Assembly (NCBI GenBank): GCA_963722765.1
Contig: CAVROO010000014.1
Location: 322,976-386,975 of the forward strand
Reading direction: 5' to 3'
Length of the DNA stretch: 64,000 nucleotides
From: an uncultured Acidobacteriota bacterium
Lineage (GTDB): Bacteria > Acidobacteriota > Vicinamibacteria > Marinacidobacterales > DATDRI01
The position numbers were made by a program, and so were the translations under genes. Shown here in pieces: positions 37,082-46,337 of the stretch. The notes beneath the pieces are model-generated. The model saw only the letters and a list, made by a program, of their open reading frames with translations. It was not told the DNA's origin and did not search any database. Numbering within the stretch: the first letter of the stretch is position 1; the number at the start of each line of letters is the position of its first letter.

Positions 37082-37390
37082 TCAAGGAATCTTCTTTTCC
37101 AGTTCTTGCATGGCCTTGATTTTGTCCTGAAGCATGTGCTTGAGGGCCGCTCTAAAGTAGACTTCCACATCCTCATCGGTACTCCCCGTGTTGGAGACAA
37201 TCTGATCGTAGAGGCCACGTGTTTCCTCGTTCACGCTAAGGGTGATGGTGTGCTCGCTCAAGTAGTCATCGACGAGATCGCGCACCAGACCGCTCACGTT
37301 GAGCCCCCGATCCGTCAAGGCCCGGTATTGATCCTCTCGAACCATGAGGCTGATGCGTCGAAGATTGGCCTCTGGAGCGTCCTTTTCCAT
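37082..37390 (-). CDS. Ribbon-helix-helix (CopG/antitoxin-like) DNA-binding protein
   Basis: An AAGGAGGA RBS precedes the ATG at 37390. RRISLMVREDQYRALTDRGLNVSGLVRDLVDDYL has the RHH pattern. Confidence 0.65.
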   Translation of the reverse strand: MEKDAPEANLRRISLMVREDQYRALTDRGLNVSGLVRDLVDDYLSEHTITLSVNEETRGLYDQIVSNTGSTDEDVEVYFRAALKHMLQDKIKAMQELEKKIP

Positions 37391-37537
37391 GGATTCCTCC
37401 TTGAGATTCCGCCATTGTTGCACAGAAAAATGGCTATGTAAAAGTATAGAAATGATGCATTTGATATATTGACATATGCATTATATTGATTAAATTATAT
37501 ATAAGTATGTAAACAAAAGAAATCGGGAGTTGAGGCC

Positions 37538-38248
37538 ATGGAGATGAAAAAAGTCGCAGGACGGCAGGGACTCGACCGAGCGGGAAAAAAACGGATCGTC
37601 CAGGTCGTGTTCTATTTCTTTCTGTCCGGGGCACTGCTATTCGTTGGCGCAGGAAGGCTGGATTGGACCGAGGCGTGGATTTATCTCGTCTTGGGAATTC
37701 TCATGGCAACCGGCATGAGCATTTTAGTCATCCGAAAGAATCCCGAGGTCATCAACGAAAGGGGCCGCAAATCGGAAAAAACCAAGGGTTGGGACAAAGT
37801 GTTTGGAGCCGTCACGGTTCCCCTGATCTTGGGATTCTTGGTTGTGGCAGGACTCGATTTTCGTTTCGGCTGGTCTGTCGTGCCCTGGTGGGCGAAAGCT
37901 TTGGCATTTATCGCCTTGGTGCCCGGTTCGTTTTTTCCCTACTGGGCCATGTTGAATAATCCTTTCCTGGCCCAGACGGTCCGCATCGAGCTCGAACGGG
38001 GGCACAGGGTTGCAACGGAAGGGCCTTATCGGTACGTTCGTCATCCCATGTATACCGGTGTCATTTTGAGCTGGCTCGCCGGTCCCATCTTTTTGGGATC
38101 GTGGTGGGCCTTGCTTTTGAACGGGTTGGCTGTTGTCGCCTTAATCGTTCGGACGGTTCTGGAGGACCGAACGCTCAAGGCGGAACTTGCAGGGTACGCC
38201 GACTACGCTCGACAGGTCCCTTACCGGCTGGTACCGGGATTGTGGTAG
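37538..38248 (+). CDS. ICMT/PEMT-family membrane methyltransferase, paralogue 1
   Basis: Multi-TM protein with the C-terminal motif TEGPYRYVRHPMYTGVIL...EDRTLKAEL.GY.DY. Confidence 0.75.
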   Translation: MEMKKVAGRQGLDRAGKKRIVQVVFYFFLSGALLFVGAGRLDWTEAWIYLVLGILMATGMSILVIRKNPEVINERGRKSEKTKGWDKVFGAVTVPLILGFLVVAGLDFRFGWSVVPWWAKALAFIALVPGSFFPYWAMLNNPFLAQTVRIELERGHRVATEGPYRYVRHPMYTGVILSWLAGPIFLGSWWALLLNGLAVVALIVRTVLEDRTLKAELAGYADYARQVPYRLVPGLW

Positions 38249-38261
38249 AGGGAGGAAAGAG

Positions 38262-38984
38262 ATGTCGCAATCAGATGCGGACCCCGTCGAGATCAAATCC
38301 TTTTCCGACCTGCCGGTATGGAGGCGAGTTGTCAGAGTCGCATTGACCTTGGTTCTCTTTACGGCCCTAATCTTCGTTCCTGCCGGTCGGCTCGATTGGG
38401 TGGACGGCTGGATCCTGTTGGTCTTTTTCATAGGCTATACGACGATCTTATCTTTCTGGCTGCGAAGCAAAGATCCCGAACTGCTAAAGGAGCGCACGAG
38501 CAAAGCGAGCAACGTGGAGCGCTGGGACAAGCTCATCATCACCATTTATTCGATTCTATCCATGGGCCTGTTCGTCGTGGCAGGAATGGATGCGGTACGG
38601 TTCGGCTGGACTTCCGTATCGATGGGCATGAAGGTATCGGGTTGGTGCGTTTTTCTTGTCGCCACGTTCCTGGTGACCTGGGTGATGGCGGAGAACACCT
38701 ATGCTTCGCGATACGTCCGCATCCAAAAGGATCGAGAACACCGGGTCATCTCCACAGGCCCTTACCGGTATGTTCGCCACCCCATGTACGTGGGTGTGAT
38801 TCTTTTCGTCATGAGTATTCCTCTGATGTTGGGCTCCTTTTGGGCCCTCATCCCTGGTGTTTTGATTGTGGGCTTGTTCTTCGTCAGAACCGCTCTAGAA
38901 GACCGCACCCTGCAAAACGGACTTCCGGGGTACAAGGAGTACGCGGAGCAGGTTCGCTACAGGTTGATTCCTGCTGTTTGGTGA
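38262..38984 (+). CDS. ICMT/PEMT-family membrane methyltransferase, paralogue 2
   Basis: A GAGGGAGGAAAGAG RBS precedes the ATG at 38262. Motif STGPYRYVRHPMYVGVILF...EDRTLQNGLPGYKEY. Confidence 0.75.
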   Translation: MSQSDADPVEIKSFSDLPVWRRVVRVALTLVLFTALIFVPAGRLDWVDGWILLVFFIGYTTILSFWLRSKDPELLKERTSKASNVERWDKLIITIYSILSMGLFVVAGMDAVRFGWTSVSMGMKVSGWCVFLVATFLVTWVMAENTYASRYVRIQKDREHRVISTGPYRYVRHPMYVGVILFVMSIPLMLGSFWALIPGVLIVGLFFVRTALEDRTLQNGLPGYKEYAEQVRYRLIPAVW

Positions 38985-39010
38985 GTGGTTCTGGGGGCTT
39001 TTTGATGCGT

Positions 39011-39397
39011 TTAGCTATTCGCGTTTTCGACGAGTAGATGGGGTATTCCAGCGAAATCATTCTTGTTGCGTGTAAGAAGAATAGCGTCCATAGAAGCGGC
39101 TGTTACACCGATAGCGATGTCTGCGGCGCGGCGACGGGGCGAACCGAGATTTCGAAATACGTCGGCGGCAATATCCGCAAGCTCCTCGGAGAAGGGGACG
39201 ATCCCGTCGTCAAAAAGAATGGATCTTGCGACGGCAATTTGCTCGGGCGTGCGAGGGCCTCGCGAGAACTCATACCATGCCACCGCGCTCATCTGTATTT
39301 CAGCTTCGGACTCGGCAAGCTCCACCAGTCGTTTTCGTTCCGGGCCGGCGGTGGACAGTGCGTACACAAGAAAATCCGTATCGACATGAATTCGCAC
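39011..39397 (-). CDS. vapC: PIN-domain toxin VapC
   Basis: MRIHVDTDFLV (N-terminal Asp), WYEF and LLTRNKNDF motifs. Its GTG start abuts the vapB stop codon. Confidence 0.8.
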   Translation of the reverse strand: MRIHVDTDFLVYALSTAGPERKRLVELAESEAEIQMSAVAWYEFSRGPRTPEQIAVARSILFDDGIVPFSEELADIAADVFRNLGSPRRRAADIAIGVTAASMDAILLTRNKNDFAGIPHLLVENANS

Positions 39398-39652
39398 TTA
39401 GAATCCTTCGTCCTGTTCCTTGAGTCGGCGTATTTCCTCCTCGGGGTCATGTCCATCGAACAGTTCGAAAAGACGTTCGAGAGCTTTCATCCTTTCTTGA
39501 CGACTTTTGGCCGGAACGCCGAAAACTGTATCGCGGTGGCGAAGAATAGCGCGACGGATAGCTTCGGACGTCGAACATCCGTATCGCAGCGCCAATTGGC
39601 GGGCAGCTCGTCTCGATTCATTGTCGAGCAAAATGGTTGTTCTCGACGACAT
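39398..39652 (-). CDS. vapB: RHH-type antitoxin VapB
   Basis: MSSRTTILLDNESRRAARQLALRYGCSTSEAIRRAI is a ribbon-helix-helix N-terminus. It lies directly upstream of vapC. Confidence 0.75.
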   Translation of the reverse strand: MSSRTTILLDNESRRAARQLALRYGCSTSEAIRRAILRHRDTVFGVPAKSRQERMKALERLFELFDGHDPEEEIRRLKEQDEGF

Positions 39653-39702
39653 ATAATATGTATAGCATACTGACATATACGATGCAATCATAGGAAAGGT
39701 GT

Positions 39703-40311
39703 TTGCAAACCGTGTGGAACGAGTTTTACAAGTATCTCTTTATAGCCGGCCTGGTGGTTACGAGCGTCGTCCGTTCCTACTACGGCAAAGGGCAAAGAAG
39801 AGGCGCTTTCGAAGATGCCAGGAAGGAAAACCTGGCAGTCTATTTTTTTATGGGGCTTTGGGGGATTGCCGAGCTTCTTCCTTTCTTCTACTTCTTCTCG
39901 TCCTGGCTGGGATTTGCAGATTATTCGCTTCCGGTCTGGCTTGGTCTTTTGGGGGCGGTCTTGTTCGTGACGGCTGTTTGGCTGATTTGGCGGTCCCATG
40001 CCGACTTAGGACGCAATTGGTCTCCCACGCTGCAAATCCGTAAGGAACACGGATTGGTCACGGCCGGTGTGTATCGGGTGGTACGGCATCCCATGTACGC
40101 AGCCCACATTCTTTGGGCGATCGCGCAGCCTCTCATCGTACCGAACTGGCTTGCCGGCTGGGGCGGTCTGGTAGCGATGTTACCTGTTTACTACCTGCGG
40201 GTTGAGAAAGAGGAACAAATGATGCTGGACCACTTTGGAGGCGAGTACCGGGAGTACATGAACCGAACCGGAAGAATTATCCCGTGGTTCCGGTTCTATT
40301 CCGAGTTCTAG
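39703..40311 (+). CDS. ICMT/PEMT-family membrane methyltransferase, paralogue 3
   Basis: TAGVYRVVRHPMYAAHILW...EEQMMLDHFGGEYREY. The stop codon lies inside the GAGTTCT repeat. Confidence 0.75.
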   Translation: MQTVWNEFYKYLFIAGLVVTSVVRSYYGKGQRRGAFEDARKENLAVYFFMGLWGIAELLPFFYFFSSWLGFADYSLPVWLGLLGAVLFVTAVWLIWRSHADLGRNWSPTLQIRKEHGLVTAGVYRVVRHPMYAAHILWAIAQPLIVPNWLAGWGGLVAMLPVYYLRVEKEEQMMLDHFGGEYREYMNRTGRIIPWFRFYSEF

Positions 40312-40338
40312 AGTTCTTGGGTTCTTGAGTTCTGAACT
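40270..40338 (+). repeat. Dispersed hairpin-(GAGTTCTN)n element overlapping the 3' end of the preceding CDS
   Basis: GAACCGG...CCGGTTC hairpin, then TATTCCGAGTTCTAGAGTTCTTGGGTTCTTGAGTTCTGA. Confidence 0.75.
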
Positions 40339-40339
40339 G

Positions 40340-41782
40340 TTACTTCTTTTCCTCTTTCTTCTTGTCGTCCGTTTCGCTTCCTGACCCAAGGTATCCAAGT
40401 GCTTCGAGATTCTTGAGCGTTTCCTCGGAAAGCTGCTCGTCCGTTTTGGCCGGTGCGCCCATGCGGCGGCGTGTCGTCTCCTGTTGCCAGGCGACGGTGC
40501 GCGTGCGGAACCGCTCGAGCTCGGCGCGGAAGGGCTCGACGGTCGACACCGAGCCGGCAAACAGGTCCTTGACCTCGCCGGCGTCCGTCCACATGTCATA
40601 GAGCTCGTACCGACGGTCCTGGTCTTCCGCTCTCGGGTAGGCGATGAGCTTCAAGCGGCCGTTGGAGATACCCATTTGATGATGGTCGTTCTGAAACAGA
40701 AGATGTTCGTGAAGTTTGTCGCGGCTGCCATTGAGGAGCGGTGTCATCGATCGGCCCACGATCCCCGGCGGAAAAGAGATCTGTGCCACATCCAAGATCG
40801 TGGGAAAAAAGTCCAAGCTCGAGACCGGAACATCGTTTCGTTCACTTTCCGGCAAGATTCCCGGAAAGGAGAGGATCAGCGGAATCCGCTGAGACGGATT
40901 GAAGAGGTTGTATCCGTGATCGAAATAGTAGTCGTGCTCTCCCAAGCTTTCGCCGTGATCGGCGGTGAAGACCACCAGAGTCGAGCTCTTGTGGGGGCTC
41001 GCGTCGAGCGCTTCCAAAACCCGCCCGACGTGTTGGTCGGACAGGAGTATTTCCGCATCGTATCGATCGTAGTAGTCTCCGAGGTGGTCTTCGCCTTCGA
41101 CGTAGAGGTTCCGGTTGATTCCGCCGTGATAACCCACGACCGTCTCGAGCTTCGGTCCTTTAGGAAACAGTCCGTCTTTCCGGAAAGACTCGAGAAGCTC
41201 TTGCGGCGGCTCGTAAGGTGCGTGGGGATTTACATAGTGAACCCACAGGAAGAAAGGTCGTGAGTCGCTATCGTCCTTCAGGAAGTCGAGAGCGAATTCG
41301 GTCAGGAACTCGGTTCGTCCGAGCTCGTTGTCGGATTTGAGCCAAGCCTGTTCGAAAACATCGAATCCCTGAGCAAAGCCGAGTGACCCGTCCAGGTTCC
41401 CGTTGTCGATGGCGGCGGCGGTGCGGTAGCCGTGCTCTTGAAACACTTCAGCCAAGGTGGTGTTGAAATCCGGCAGATCCCGATCGCGAACGGTGAGCCC
41501 GTGCTGGGATGCGTATAGAGATGTGAACATGGCGGCAAAGCTTCCACGCGTCTTGGGCCAATAGGTATAGGCCTGGTCAAAAACCACGCCTCGCGCCGCC
41601 AGTTTTTCCACCTCTGGAGTCGTGCGGCGTTGATATCCATAGGCGCTCATGTGATCGGGACGCAAAGCGTTGACCGTGATGAGAACGACGTTGATGCCCG
41701 CATTCGGAGCAGCGGCGTCTTCCTCGCCGCCTCCGCAACCGAGCAAAGTGGCGAGGACCAGAAAAGGGATGAAGGTTCTCAT
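40340..41782 (-). CDS. Sulfatase-like (alkaline phosphatase superfamily) lipoprotein without the canonical C/S-x-P-x-R motif
   Basis: Lipobox LVLATLLGC. NVVLITVNALRPDHMSAYGY, VVFTADHGESLGEH and the overall architecture match PF00884. YWPKTRGSFAAMFTS sits where CTPSRASLLTG is expected. Confidence 0.75.
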   Translation of the reverse strand: MRTFIPFLVLATLLGCGGGEEDAAAPNAGINVVLITVNALRPDHMSAYGYQRRTTPEVEKLAARGVVFDQAYTYWPKTRGSFAAMFTSLYASQHGLTVRDRDLPDFNTTLAEVFQEHGYRTAAAIDNGNLDGSLGFAQGFDVFEQAWLKSDNELGRTEFLTEFALDFLKDDSDSRPFFLWVHYVNPHAPYEPPQELLESFRKDGLFPKGPKLETVVGYHGGINRNLYVEGEDHLGDYYDRYDAEILLSDQHVGRVLEALDASPHKSSTLVVFTADHGESLGEHDYYFDHGYNLFNPSQRIPLILSFPGILPESERNDVPVSSLDFFPTILDVAQISFPPGIVGRSMTPLLNGSRDKLHEHLLFQNDHHQMGISNGRLKLIAYPRAEDQDRRYELYDMWTDAGEVKDLFAGSVSTVEPFRAELERFRTRTVAWQQETTRRRMGAPAKTDEQLSEETLKNLEALGYLGSGSETDDKKKEEKK

Positions 41783-42682
41783 GTTCGGCTAGCCTCCTGA
41801 ATACCAAATTCGTTGTGAACTTGGATGAGTTTTTCTTTGGCTTCATCGGTTGGGCGACGAAGGGGTCGCCGCGGCGGACCTCCGTAAAAACCGAGATATT
41901 CGAGCAGTGCTTTGTAGCCCCCGATTCCGAACTCGACCGTCACGACTCGGTTGATGGGCACCAATCGATTCTGTATTTGGCGAGCCTTTGTGAGGTCACC
42001 CGCCTCGAAAGCACCGACGAGATCGACACAGAGATCGTAGGCTACGTTGGCCTCCGCCAAGATGCCACCGGCCGCTCCCACCGTCAAGCAAGATAGAAGC
42101 GCCGGCGCCGACCCGGTCAGCACCGCGAAGCCCTCCGGGGCCAACCGGCAATACTCCTGAACCTGCAGAACGTCTCCGGCGCTGTCCTTGATACCTACGA
42201 TGTTGGGATGAGACGCCAACTCGAGCACCAGGTCCGGGCCTAGATTGATGGCCGTGAAAGGGGGTATGTTGTAGATGATGACGGGAACCGGACTTGCCTC
42301 GGCCACCTCGAAATAGTGTGCTTTCAGGACCGCCGGTTTCATGCCCCGTTTGTAGTAGAACGGATGGACCACCATCGTATAGTCCACGCCCAGCTCCCCC
42401 GCCCACCGGGTCAGTTGAACGGCTTCACGGGTGGATTCGCAGCCGGTGCCCGCGATCACGAGCTTGTCTTCCGGAATGGTTTTACGACCCTGTTCTAAGA
42501 CCGCCTTTTTCTCGTCGGTCGTCAAGATAGACGAACTCTCCGGTGGATCCGAGAAGTACGAAGCCGGCAAGTCGTGTCTTACTCCATCGTTTGAGATTGT
42601 CCGACAGTTTGTCGAGCGCCAGTTCTTCGTCATCCGCGAAGGGAGTTGGAACCGGGGCTATGATTCCCTTGAGTTGTTTCAT
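41779..42682 (-). CDS. Dihydrodipicolinate synthase/N-acetylneuraminate lyase family (DapA-like), frameshift near 42523
   Basis: MKQLKGIIAPVPTPF...LLGSTGEFVYL in one frame continues as TTDEKKAVLEQ...IAGTG...IYNIPPFT...VGIKDSAGD in ORF 41779..42633. Removing one nucleotide restores GSTGEFVYLTTDEKK. Confidence 0.8.
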
Positions 42683-43127
42683 GATCAGGTTCCTTAATCC
42701 GCATTTGTCTAGAATCGTTGTCCAATACTTCGAGCTCGACGACGACGGCGTCATCACGTCGATAGGTGCCGAGTTTTTCCGGCCACTCGACGATGAGCAC
42801 TGAGGCGTCGTCTTCGATCTCCTCGAGGCCGAGCTCGATGAGCTCTCGCTCCGACTCGATCCGATAGAGATCCACATGAAAAACGGTCGGGTGACCTCCG
42901 CTGTATCGATTCACCAGAGCGAATGTTGGACTCACCACTTGGCTCGGATCGACACCGTAGGCGGATGCGATACCCTTGGCGAAGATCGTTTTTCCTGCAC
43001 CCAAATCTCCTTCGAGATAAAAGCATGCGCCATCGGGATACCGCTCGGCGAGGGTGGCCGCCAAGGTCATGGTCTCCTCCGGCGAACGGCTCTCGCAGAC
43101 AGTTTCTTTCAAGGTCGTGGTCAACAT
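42630..43127 (-). CDS. tsaE: tRNA t6A37 biosynthesis ATPase TsaE
   Basis: LEGDLGAGKTIFAKGIA, VVSPTFALVNRY and HVDLYRIE motifs. Confidence 0.85.
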   Translation of the reverse strand: MLTTTLKETVCESRSPEETMTLAATLAERYPDGACFYLEGDLGAGKTIFAKGIASAYGVDPSQVVSPTFALVNRYSGGHPTVFHVDLYRIESERELIELGLEEIEDDASVLIVEWPEKLGTYRRDDAVVVELEVLDNDSRQMRIKEPDHETTQGNHSPGSNSLRG

Positions 43128-44671
43128 TTTTCGAGCTGCCGGATGGCCGCCGGAAGACGGTGAATCAGGTCGGTTGCCGTGAGAGACGCTTGACCTTTTT
43201 CTTCCACTGCAAGATCACCCGAGAGTCCATGGAGATAGACGCCCAAACGCAGGCTGTCGCCAACGGCAAGACCTTGGGCAAGAAAAGCACCGACCATGCC
43301 GGTCAAAACATCGCCCGTCCCGCCGCTCGCCATTCCGGCATTGCCGGTCCTGTTGATGTGCGCCCAGCCCGACGGCTCGGAAACCAAGGTGCGGTATCCC
43401 TTCAAGGCCACGCCGACGTCTAGCTCCTTCGCCAACCGGCGCACCGCGTCGAGCCGGTCCCGTTGGATATCCCTAGTCCCACAGCCCAAGAGTCGTGCCG
43501 CCTCTCCGGGGTGGGGCGTCAGTGCGAGCGGGCGACCGGTTGGTATTGCTTTGGGATTGTCCTCGAAAGCATTGATTCCGTCGGCGTCTAGGACCGTCGG
43601 GATCTCGATTTCCTGGACGAGTTTCTTGACGAAGGACACCGTTTCCGGGTGTTGCCCGAGACCGGGGCCTATGGCGGCGGCCGTCTTTCCTTCGAGAAGC
43701 TCCAGAGCTCTGGGTAGTGCGGCAGTGCCTATGGCTCCGTCCGGGGTTTCCTCGAGCGGTTCCCACATGGACTCAAGAAGAGCCGACGCCATCATGGGCA
43801 GGGCGCCGGCGGGCGCGGCGACGGTCACGAGGCCGACTCCCGACCGCAGGGCGGCGGAGGCCGCCATCACCGCAGCACCCGTCTTGCCGATGGAACCGGA
43901 GACAATCAAAAGATGTCCAAAGCTTCCCTTGTGAGCATCCGGTCGTCTGGCCGTCCAGATATTATTAAACTCCTCCGGTTCGATGGTCGCGAGCCTGCTG
44001 CCCGTGGATGTCAAAATCTGTTTCGGAATGCCGATTTCGGTGACTTTCAACTGCCCACACCGGAAACACGCCGGCGGCAAAAGGTGGCACAGCTTTGGGG
44101 CGGCGAGGGCGACCGTCAAGTCGGCTTCGATCGCTTCCCCAGGGATTTCCCCGCTGTCGGAAGACAATCCGGACGGAACGTCGACGGCGACCCGGAAAGC
44201 GGGAATCCGGTTGAGATGCCGGATCGCTTGCTCCGCGATCCCTCGAGCCGCTTTTGTTAGACCGGTGCCTAAAATAGCGTCCACCACCACTGCGTGGGCG
44301 GAGAAAGACGCCATGGCTTCTTCGAGCGACCTTTCATTGGATATGGATTCAACGGTCAGACCGAGCTCGAGGGCGGAATCGAGATTCGCTTTGGCGTCAC
44401 CGGTGAGTGTGTCGAGCGGCGCCAGGACCCAGGCCCGGGCTCGATATCCGTGCGTGGCGAAGTAGCGAAAGACGACGAGTCCGTCGCCGCCGTTGTTCCC
44501 TTTGCCACAGACGATCTCGATAGGCCTCCGGCGCAGATTGGGAACAACTTTTTCCATTTGCCGCACAACCGAACGGCCGGCGCTTTCCATGAGGACCCGG
44601 CCCGGTATGCCGATATCCTCGATCGTGCGGCGGTCCGCCTCGCGCATCTCGGCTGTCGTCAGAACTTGCAT
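43121..44671 (-). CDS. nnr: Bifunctional NAD(P)H-hydrate repair enzyme Nnr (epimerase plus ADP-dependent dehydratase)
   Basis: YjeF N-domain (CGKGNNGGDGLV) fused to a carbohydrate-kinase-like C-domain (GGTGDVLTGMVGAFLAQG). Confidence 0.85.
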   Translation of the reverse strand: MQVLTTAEMREADRRTIEDIGIPGRVLMESAGRSVVRQMEKVVPNLRRRPIEIVCGKGNNGGDGLVVFRYFATHGYRARAWVLAPLDTLTGDAKANLDSALELGLTVESISNERSLEEAMASFSAHAVVVDAILGTGLTKAARGIAEQAIRHLNRIPAFRVAVDVPSGLSSDSGEIPGEAIEADLTVALAAPKLCHLLPPACFRCGQLKVTEIGIPKQILTSTGSRLATIEPEEFNNIWTARRPDAHKGSFGHLLIVSGSIGKTGAAVMAASAALRSGVGLVTVAAPAGALPMMASALLESMWEPLEETPDGAIGTAALPRALELLEGKTAAAIGPGLGQHPETVSFVKKLVQEIEIPTVLDADGINAFEDNPKAIPTGRPLALTPHPGEAARLLGCGTRDIQRDRLDAVRRLAKELDVGVALKGYRTLVSEPSGWAHINRTGNAGMASGGTGDVLTGMVGAFLAQGLAVGDSLRLGVYLHGLSGDLAVEEKGQASLTATDLIHRLPAAIRQLEKC

Positions 44672-44769
44672 AACACGATAGTATATACCGCGTAATATGC
44701 CGGGGTCAGGCGCGAAAAGGACACCGAATATGCGCCGGACGAAGCTCTCATTCGATCAGAGGTTTTGCT

Positions 44770-45645
44770 ATGGGGATTCGAGTCAATGTGGATGGACGCC
44801 TGGGCACGGAGCAAGATCGCCTCATCAGCCCGTTGGATTTGGGATTTCTCTTCGGGGCGAGTGTATACGAGACGATGCGGACTTATGGCGGCCACCCGTT
44901 CTTACTCGATCGTCACTTGAAACGGTTGCGGGCGTCGGCCGACGCTTTGAAGATCCAAATCGGGTTGACGGACGCGGAGTTTACGGGACGTGTTCTCTCA
45001 ACATTGGCCGCGGCGGACAACCGCGAGTCCGTGGTTCGCATCGTCGTTTCCGTAGGCGTCGGGATGATCGATTACCGTGAAGATGCGGCGCCTCAGCCTA
45101 CCGTCGTCATCATTGTCAAGCCCCTCCCTTTGGAATGGGAGCGACAGCCCGATCAGGTGATGAAGGTGGCTCTCGTAGGAGTCATCCGAAATCCCACGCG
45201 GAGCGTCAATCCCCGCATCAAGTCTTCGAACCTGCTCAACAACCTCTTGGCCATGCGTGAGGCACGGGCGAAGGGTGCCGACGAAGCCATCATGCTCAAT
45301 TCACGGGGCGAGGTGGCGGAAGGTTCGCTGACCAACGTCTTTGTCGTCAAAGACAACATCGTCATGACGCCCTCTCTCGATACAGGCATTCTTGCCGGCA
45401 TCACCCGCGAGCTCATTTTAGGGCTTTCGAAAAAAGGCGGCTTCGAAACGACCGAGACAACGATCCTCCCCGACGAGCTTTTCAATGCCGACGAGGTTTT
45501 CCTCACCGGCACCACCAAAGAGGTCATCCCGGTCGTCGAGGTCAGTGATTGCTACATCAATGACGGGAAGCCGGGTCCGGTGACCATGGCGCTCTTTGAC
45601 GCCTATCGCAAGATGGTCGCCGACTTCCTGGCGTCGAAGAGCTAA
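44770..45645 (+). CDS. Class IV (fold type IV) aminotransferase (BCAT / D-aminotransferase / ADC-lyase family)
   Basis: FLFGASVYETMRTY, HLKRL..SA, IKSSNLLNNLLA, EGSLTNVF and LAGITR motifs. Confidence 0.8.
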   Translation: MGIRVNVDGRLGTEQDRLISPLDLGFLFGASVYETMRTYGGHPFLLDRHLKRLRASADALKIQIGLTDAEFTGRVLSTLAAADNRESVVRIVVSVGVGMIDYREDAAPQPTVVIIVKPLPLEWERQPDQVMKVALVGVIRNPTRSVNPRIKSSNLLNNLLAMREARAKGADEAIMLNSRGEVAEGSLTNVFVVKDNIVMTPSLDTGILAGITRELILGLSKKGGFETTETTILPDELFNADEVFLTGTTKEVIPVVEVSDCYINDGKPGPVTMALFDAYRKMVADFLASKS

Positions 45646-45657
45646 CCGATAGCTCCT

Positions 45658-46080
45658 TCAGCGGCGAACGAGCTCGACCATCATATCCACGTGGCTTGGA
45701 TTTCCGTGCGTAATGACGGGGTAGGAGGTCGTGTTGATGAACCACAGCTCGTTGCCCACGGTGATCCGAGCACTGACTGCGTAGGTATGTCGCGGATCGA
45801 TGACCGATGTGTGATAAAAAACCTCGAAGGAGATGGGAACTTGCCCGGGTTCGGAGATGATGGTTTTGCCGATCATCGTCGAGGGTACGTCTTGTAGAGA
45901 GACGTCCGAGAGCCGCACTTCGACGACGGCTTCTGGAGGAAGTGCCATCCGTACAAGGTACGTGATCGTGCCCGTTACCTTGCCGAGCTCCGGATCGGTT
46001 GACGACGGTCCGGACGGTGTTGAGTCACACCCAAAGAGTCCGACAACCAGTGCCAGCGCACCAAAACGAACTATTCTCAT
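45658..46080 (-). CDS. YbaY-like lipoprotein
   Basis: Lipobox ALALVVGLFGC, then TGTITYLVRMALPPEAVVEVRLSDVSLQD...ISFEVFY, as in YbaY/YscW-type lipoproteins. Confidence 0.6.
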   Translation of the reverse strand: MRIVRFGALALVVGLFGCDSTPSGPSSTDPELGKVTGTITYLVRMALPPEAVVEVRLSDVSLQDVPSTMIGKTIISEPGQVPISFEVFYHTSVIDPRHTYAVSARITVGNELWFINTTSYPVITHGNPSHVDMMVELVRR

Positions 46081-46227
46081 GCAGGTCTTCACTAGCAAAA
46101 CAGTTGCCAGCATGAAGACGGCCAAAACGGGGCAAAAATGCTCAGCTAAACAATCTGCGGGTCGTTGGCGCTATCCGATTGGATAGTCGAAGGTGTCAGA
46201 AGAAGGAGGCAAACAGCAACACGGATG

Positions 46228-46312
46228 TAAAATCCGGAAGACGGCGGCGACCTGTCCGCCGCCCTCCTTTTTTATTCTGAGTTCTCGAGTTCTTGGGTTC
46301 TGATTCTCGAGT
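46228..46312 (+). repeat. Dispersed 'TAAAATCC-hairpin-(GAGTTCTN)n' element
   Basis: TAAAATCCGGAAGACGGCGGCGACCTGTCCGCCGCCCTCCTTTTTTATTCTGAGTTCTCGAGTTCTTGGGTTCTGATTCTCGAG. Confidence 0.85.
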
Positions 46313-46337
46313 CTTACACCGTACAGTGTCTATCCCT

